Origin: the human T2T-CHM13v2.0 reference genome, Homo sapiens
Direction: 5' to 3' (one strand)
Assembly: GCF_009914755.1 (NCBI RefSeq)
Contig: NC_060939.1
DNA: 64,000 bases
The notes beneath the pieces are model-generated. The model did no database searches, was not told where the DNA came from, and saw nothing but the letters and a program-made list of their open reading frames with translations. This document shows, in pieces, positions 58,733 to 64,000 of this stretch. Position 1 is the first letter of the stretch; each line of letters begins with the position of its first letter. Made by a program: the position numbers and the translations under genes.

Positions 58733-59844
58733 TATTGGGGGAAATTCAGCCAGATATCAGGCGAAATTCACCCCCGATATTTCACGTACGTTCTTTTCTA
58801 GATTCCCTGAGTGTCGGCGGGTCTGAGAAATAAGGGGACAGAGTACAAAAGAGAGAAATTTTAAAGCTGGGTGTCTGGGGGAGACATCACAGGTCGGCAG
58901 ATTCCGTGATGCCCCCCGAGCCGTAAAACCAGCAAGTTTTTATTAGTGATTTTCAAAAGGGGAGGGAGTGTACGAATAGGGTGTGGGTCACAGAGATCAC
59001 GTGCTTCACAAGGTAATAGAATATCACAAGGCAAATGGAGGCAGGGCGAGATCACAGGACCACAGGACTGAGGCAAAATTAAAATTGCTAATGAAGTTTC
59101 AGGCATGCATTGTCATTGATAACATCTTATCAGGAAACAGCATTTGAGAGCAGACAACCAGTCTGTCCAAAATTTATTAGGCGGGAATTTCTTCATCCTA
59201 ATAAGCCTAGGAGCGCTATGGGAGACTAGGGCTTATTTCATCCATACATCTTTGACCATAAAAGATGGCTGCCCCCGAAGTGGCCATTTTAGAGGCCTAC
59301 ACTCAGGATCGCATTCTCTTTCTCAGGGATGTTCCTTGCTGAGAAAAAGAATTCAGTGATATTTCTCCCATTTGCTTTTGAAAGAAGAGAAATATGGCTC
59401 TGTTCTGCCCAGCTCACTGGCGGTCAGAGTTTAATGTTATCTCTCTTGTTCCCTGAACATTGCTGTTATCCTGTTCTTTTTTCAAGGTGCCCAGATTTCA
59501 TATTGTTCAAACACACATGCTCTACAAACACTTTGTGCAGTTAATGCAATCATCACAGGGTCCTGAGGCGACACACATCCTCCTCAGTTTACGAAGATGA
59601 TGGGATTAAGAGATTAAAGTAAAGACAGGCATAGGAAATCACAAGGGCATTGATTGGGGAAGTGATAAGTGTCCATGAAATCTTCACAATTTATGTTCAG
59701 AGATTGCAGTAAAGACAGGAGTAAGAAATTATAAAAGTCTGAATTTGGGGAACTAGTAAATGTCCATGAAATCTTCACAATCCACGTTCTTCTGCCATGG
59801 CTTCAGCCAGTCCCTCGGTTCCGGGTCTCTGACTTCCCACAACA
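58733..59844 (-). mobile_element. MER11 solo LTR (HERV-K11/HML-8), second copy
   Basis: Highly similar to 21206-22413 with a longer terminal segment; TSD tctcac/tctctc. Confidence 0.93.
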
Positions 59845-59879
59845 TCTCTCCTTCTCACGTAGTAGATATACACACACAC

Positions 59880-61480
59880 GGTACATGATATGTTTTGGTA
59901 CAGGCATGTAATGTGAAATAAGCACACATCATGGAGAATTGGACAACTATCTCTATGAGCATTTATCCTTTGAGTTACAAACAATTCAATTATGCTTTTT
60001 AAGTTTTGTAAAAATATACAATTATTATTGACTTTCATAGTTACCCTGTTATGCCATCAAACAGTTTGTTTTATTCATTCTTTCTATTTGTTTTGTAACC
60101 ATTAAACATCCCTACCTTCCCCCAGCCCCCTGCTACCATTTCCAGCCTCTGTTAACCATCCTTCTACTCTCTGTATCCATGAGTTCAACTGTTTTGATTT
60201 TTAGAACCCACAAATAAGTGACAACATGTGATATTTGTCTTTCTGTGCCTGGTTTATTTCACTGAAGATAGTGATCTCCAGTTTTATCCCTGTTGTTACA
60301 AATGACTGGGTCTCTTTATTTTTTATGGCTTAATAGTACTCCACTGTTTATATGCACCATATGTTCTTTATCCAGTCATCTGTTGATGGACACTTAGATT
60401 GCTTCCAAATCTTAGCTGTTGTAAACAGTGCTGCAACAAGCATAGGAGTGCAGATATCTCGTTGATATACTGATTTCCTTTCTTTGGGGTATATATCCAG
60501 CAGCCTACTGCTGGGTATATTTGGTAGCTCAATTTTAGTTTTCTGAGGAACCTCCAAACTGTTCTCCATAGTGGTTGTGCTAATTTACATTCCCACCAAC
60601 TGTGTACAAGGGTTGCTTTTCTCCACATCCTCACCAGCATTTGTTATTACCTGTCTTTTGGATAAAAGCTATTTTACCTGGGGTGAGATGATATCTCATT
60701 GTAGTTTTGATTTGCATTTCTCTGATGATTAATGATTTTGAGCACCTTTTCATATGCTTGTTTGCCATTTGTATGTCTTTTGAGAAATACTTATTCCAAT
60801 ATTTTGTCCTTTTTTGGTTGGATTATTTGACTTTTTTCCTATAGGGTTGTTTGAGCTGCCTATATATTCTAGTTATTAATCCATCAGATGGGTAGTTTGC
60901 AAATATTTTTTCCCATTCTGTGGATTGTCGCTTCACTTTGTTGATTATATCCTATGCTGTGCGGGAGCTTTTAACTTGATATGATCTCATTTGCCCATTT
61001 TTGCATTGGTTGCGTATGCTTGTGGGATATTGCTCAAGAAATTTTCTCCTAGACCAACATACTGGAGAGTTTCCTTAATGTTTTCTTGTAGTACTTTCGT
61101 AGTTGGAGGTCTTCAATTTAAGTCTTTAATCCATTTTGACTTGATTTTTTGCATACAGTGAGAGACAGAGTTCTAGTTTCATTCTTCTGCATATGGATAA
61201 CCAGTTTTCCCAGCACCATTTATTTAAGAGACTGGCTTTTTCCCCAGTGTACCTTCTTGGCAACTTTGTCAAAAATGACATAACTGTAGGGTTGTGGATT
61301 TGTTCCTTGGTTTTCTATTCTGTTCCATAGGTCTATATGGGTATTTTTATTCCAATACCTTGCTGTTTCATTTACTATAGCTCTCTAGTATAATTGGAAG
61401 TCAGGTAATGTAATTCCTCTAGTTTTGTTCTTTCTGCTTAGGATAGCTATGGCTATTCTGGGTCTTTTGTTGTTCCATAT
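59880..61480 (-). mobile_element. L1MA 3' end and ORF2 C-terminus
   Basis: ORFs 60348-60569 and 61385-61570 translate to L1 ORF2 C-terminus (DICTPMLVAALFT, KAIVIK, GITLPDF). Confidence 0.92.
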
Positions 61481-62602
61481 CCTTAACACAATTTTGATTA
61501 CTATTGCTTTTGTGGTATGTTTTGAAATCAGAAAGTAGCATTTTACTACACAAACTTTGTTCTTTTTCAAAATTATTTTGTCTGTTCTGGAATTCTATTG
61601 CATTATATATGAATTTTAGAGTAAAATTGTCAATTAGGGGAGAAAATGTCACCTAGGATTTAGCTAGGGATTGCATTAGATATATTTGGAAAGTACCAGC
61701 AAGCTAATGATACTAAGCTTTCTAATCAGTGAAAGCTCAATGTATTTAATTTATAATAGTATTAATTTGTTTGATATGTTTTGTAGTCCTCAGTATATGT
61801 ATCTTATACTTATTTTATTAAATTAATTCATAGGTATTTAACTTTTATGCCATTTTACATGAAATGGTTTTTGAAATTTTGTTTTTAGATTGTTAATTGC
61901 TAATAAATAAAAATACAGTTGATTTTGTATATTGACCTGTACTAAGCTGTACTACAAGCCTGCTTATCCCTTTTTTCATATTTTGTTATGTTTTATTAGA
62001 GATTTTATGATGTCTATAGACAGGATCATGTCATTTGGAGACATAATTTGACTTTCCTTCCAATCGGACTGCGTTATGTTTATTTTCTACACCAATTACC
62101 TTGGCCACATCCTCCAGTACAGTGGCGACTAATACTGTGAAAGTGATATCCTTCTCTTGTTTCTAATTTTACAAGAAAGTTCTTGAGCTTCTCAGAAGAT
62201 TTAGGATGTCATGTGAGGTTTTCTGTGCTTTCATGATAAGGAAACTTTTCTTATTTGCCTAACTTTTTGCATGGTTTTATAAGGAATGAAATTTCAATTT
62301 AGCAGGTGCTTATTGCTCATCTTTTAAGATGACCATGTGTATTGTGTCCCTTATCTCTTAATATAGTTTATGGCACCAATTCTTTTCGTATGTTGAACTA
62401 AATTTGCATTCGTAAGATGTATACCTTCATCAAAATTTATAAATTTTTACATGCCAGTTATTTGCTTTGATAGTATTCCCTTTAATTTTTGTTTTTATGT
62501 TCATAAGTCATATTGATCATAGTTTTTCTTCAGTAACTTTGTCTAGCTGTGGTATAAGGCTGATAACTCAGATTGGAAAGTGATCTATTCTTCGTGTTGC
62601 TC
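61480..62602 (-). mobile_element. Old L1M ORF2 fragments (unit-shared)
   Basis: Paralogous to 10430-11530. Confidence 0.75.
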
Positions 62603-62611
62603 TTACTGTTT

Positions 62612-63418
62612 TTTATGTGAAAGGTCTAAATTGATCTAGCACAAATAGAATTGAACACATGAAAAGGAGAAAAAATGTACATTTTTTCAAGATAATTTTC
62701 AGACTTTGCAAACAATTATATTGTATAAGTGAATAAAACCAAATCAGAGTAGTAAAAAGATGTAATTGGGCTTCATAGATGGAGATTTAGAAAACACTAG
62801 AAAGGGAGAGAGAAAGGTGGGTGATAAATTACTCTTTTTAATATGATTTCATTGTTTTGCATATTTCTTTCTTTAAATACATTACCTACAAGTATAGACA
62901 AAGATGAAAATATGGGTTAACAGGTCCTCATTATTTAAAAGAAATATCAGATTTAATTCTGGTATTTCATTAAGGTCAATTTAGTTTGTATGCTCAGGAG
63001 ACCTAACATGTAGACATTTGAAGTGACACATTTTGTGAGCCTTCATAAATATCTATAAAAAATGGAATATCACAGTTTTTAAAAACTTAAAAGTTGAGCA
63101 AAACAAGGATTTAAATATTATTATTAAAGTTGTTACCTATTCCAAGATGAGGACTTAGAAAAACAAACAGTTGGCAAACCAGTGCAGCAGGTGACATCCG
63201 TGAAGCCGCAGGCACACCCTGGGGACTGCGGTGTTGCTGGAGCTGACACTGCTGTGCTGCACATGTGGCTGCCACCAGTTTCCTCCCTCTCTGGGAAGTG
63301 GAATTTGAATTGCAAGTGATTATGGCTGATGGACGGAGGGACAAGACCACATTATCTCAAAATGCTTGGCTCTGTTGCTTGCTCCTCATTTCACTGCTAG
63401 GTGCCACAGGCTTGGGGT
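62612..63418 (-). other. Non-repeat-like 0.8-kb insertion flanked by a 9-bp direct repeat (possible retrocopy)
   Basis: ttactgttt at 62603-62611 and 63419-63427; absent at the paralogous sites in the other copies. Confidence 0.6.
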
Positions 63419-63516
63419 TTACTGTTTATTTTTCGAAAAATATATGATAAATTGGTATTAATTATTTGAAGATGTAAAATCATTCACTGGTGATGTCTTC
63501 TTGACCAAGTCAGGAA

Positions 63517-63835
63517 ATTTTTTTTTTTTCACAAACAGGGTCTCACTCTGCATCCAGGCTGGAGCACAGTGGCATGAATGTAGCTCACTGCAGACTTGAA
63601 CTCCTGGGGTCAAGCAATCCTTTTGCCTCAGCCACTTGAGTAGCTGGGGCCACAGGCACATGCCACCATGTCTGGCTAATCTTTTTTCTTCTTTTCTTCC
63701 TTCCTTTTTTTTGTGTGGTAGAAACAGGTTCTAAGTATGTTGCCCAAGCTGGTCCTGAACCCCTAGCCTCAAGTAATCCTCCTGCCTCAACCTACCAAAG
63801 CATTGGGATTACAAGTTTGACCCACCGTGATCAGT
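63517..63835 (-). mobile_element. AluJ
   Basis: Antisense dimer. Confidence 0.94.
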
Positions 63836-63841
63836 CCAGGG

Positions 63842-64000
63842 TAGGAAATGGAATCTTAGCAACTATCACATGAGCTTTGAGGGAATCCTTCTCCAGATGA
63901 GCCTTCAGTTGAGACCTCAGCCGTGGACATCATCTACATCTGGATTCCTGGCCCAGAGCAACTGTAAGTAATGTGTGTGTGATTTTGAGCCATCACACTA
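63842..64000 (+). mobile_element. MLT1E/F-type LTR 3' fragment, copy 4 (candidate exon 63897-63963)
   Basis: gaatccttctccagatgagccttcagttgagacctcagcc..ggattcctggcccagagcaactgtaagtaa. Confidence 0.85.

Larger units (their letters stand above)
54250..64000 (+). repeat. Ancient tandem duplication unit, copy 4 (runs off the window end)
   Basis: 54690-55800 aligns with 5895-6920. 56270-57600 aligns with 7430-8225. 63420-64000 aligns with 23630-23860 once the Alu is removed. Confidence 0.8.

Noticed and set aside
63265-63447. 60-aa ORF with a hydrophobic C-terminus (possible micropeptide)
   Set aside because: It crosses the insertion boundary into old L1 sequence, has no recognisable homology and is within chance length.

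Overview
AT-rich primate (human-like) genomic DNA. Alu J/S/Y, L1, MaLR and several ERV families cover most of the window, and I find no intact protein-coding gene; the supplied ORFs are Alu, L1, ERV or chance frames. The TE fossils are not independent. The window is an ancient head-to-tail array of four diverged copies of one unit, starting at about 0.9, 5.9, 19.6 and 54.3 kb. The unit order is: MLT1 LTR end(-), L1MC4-like(-), old L1M(-), truncated MLT1E/F-type LTR(+), L1 3' end(+), ERV-derived block, LTR or Tc2 transposon. Later insertions stretched the copies to between 5 and 35 kb, including a five-layer nest built around a full-length HERV-L provirus. In all four copies the short MLT1 fragment keeps a pyrimidine-rich CAG acceptor and an ACT|GTRAGT donor and lacks the LTR poly(A) signal, which suggests a lncRNA built from repeated LTR-derived mini-exons. 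Other oddities: a copy-specific 106-nt hairpin, an orphan TSD-flanked 0.8-kb insertion, a class I pol fragment inside HERV-L pol, an inverted MST piece and a candidate 13-nt microexon. I could not identify the locus. Repeat subfamily names come from remembered consensus sequences and many boundaries are approximate.
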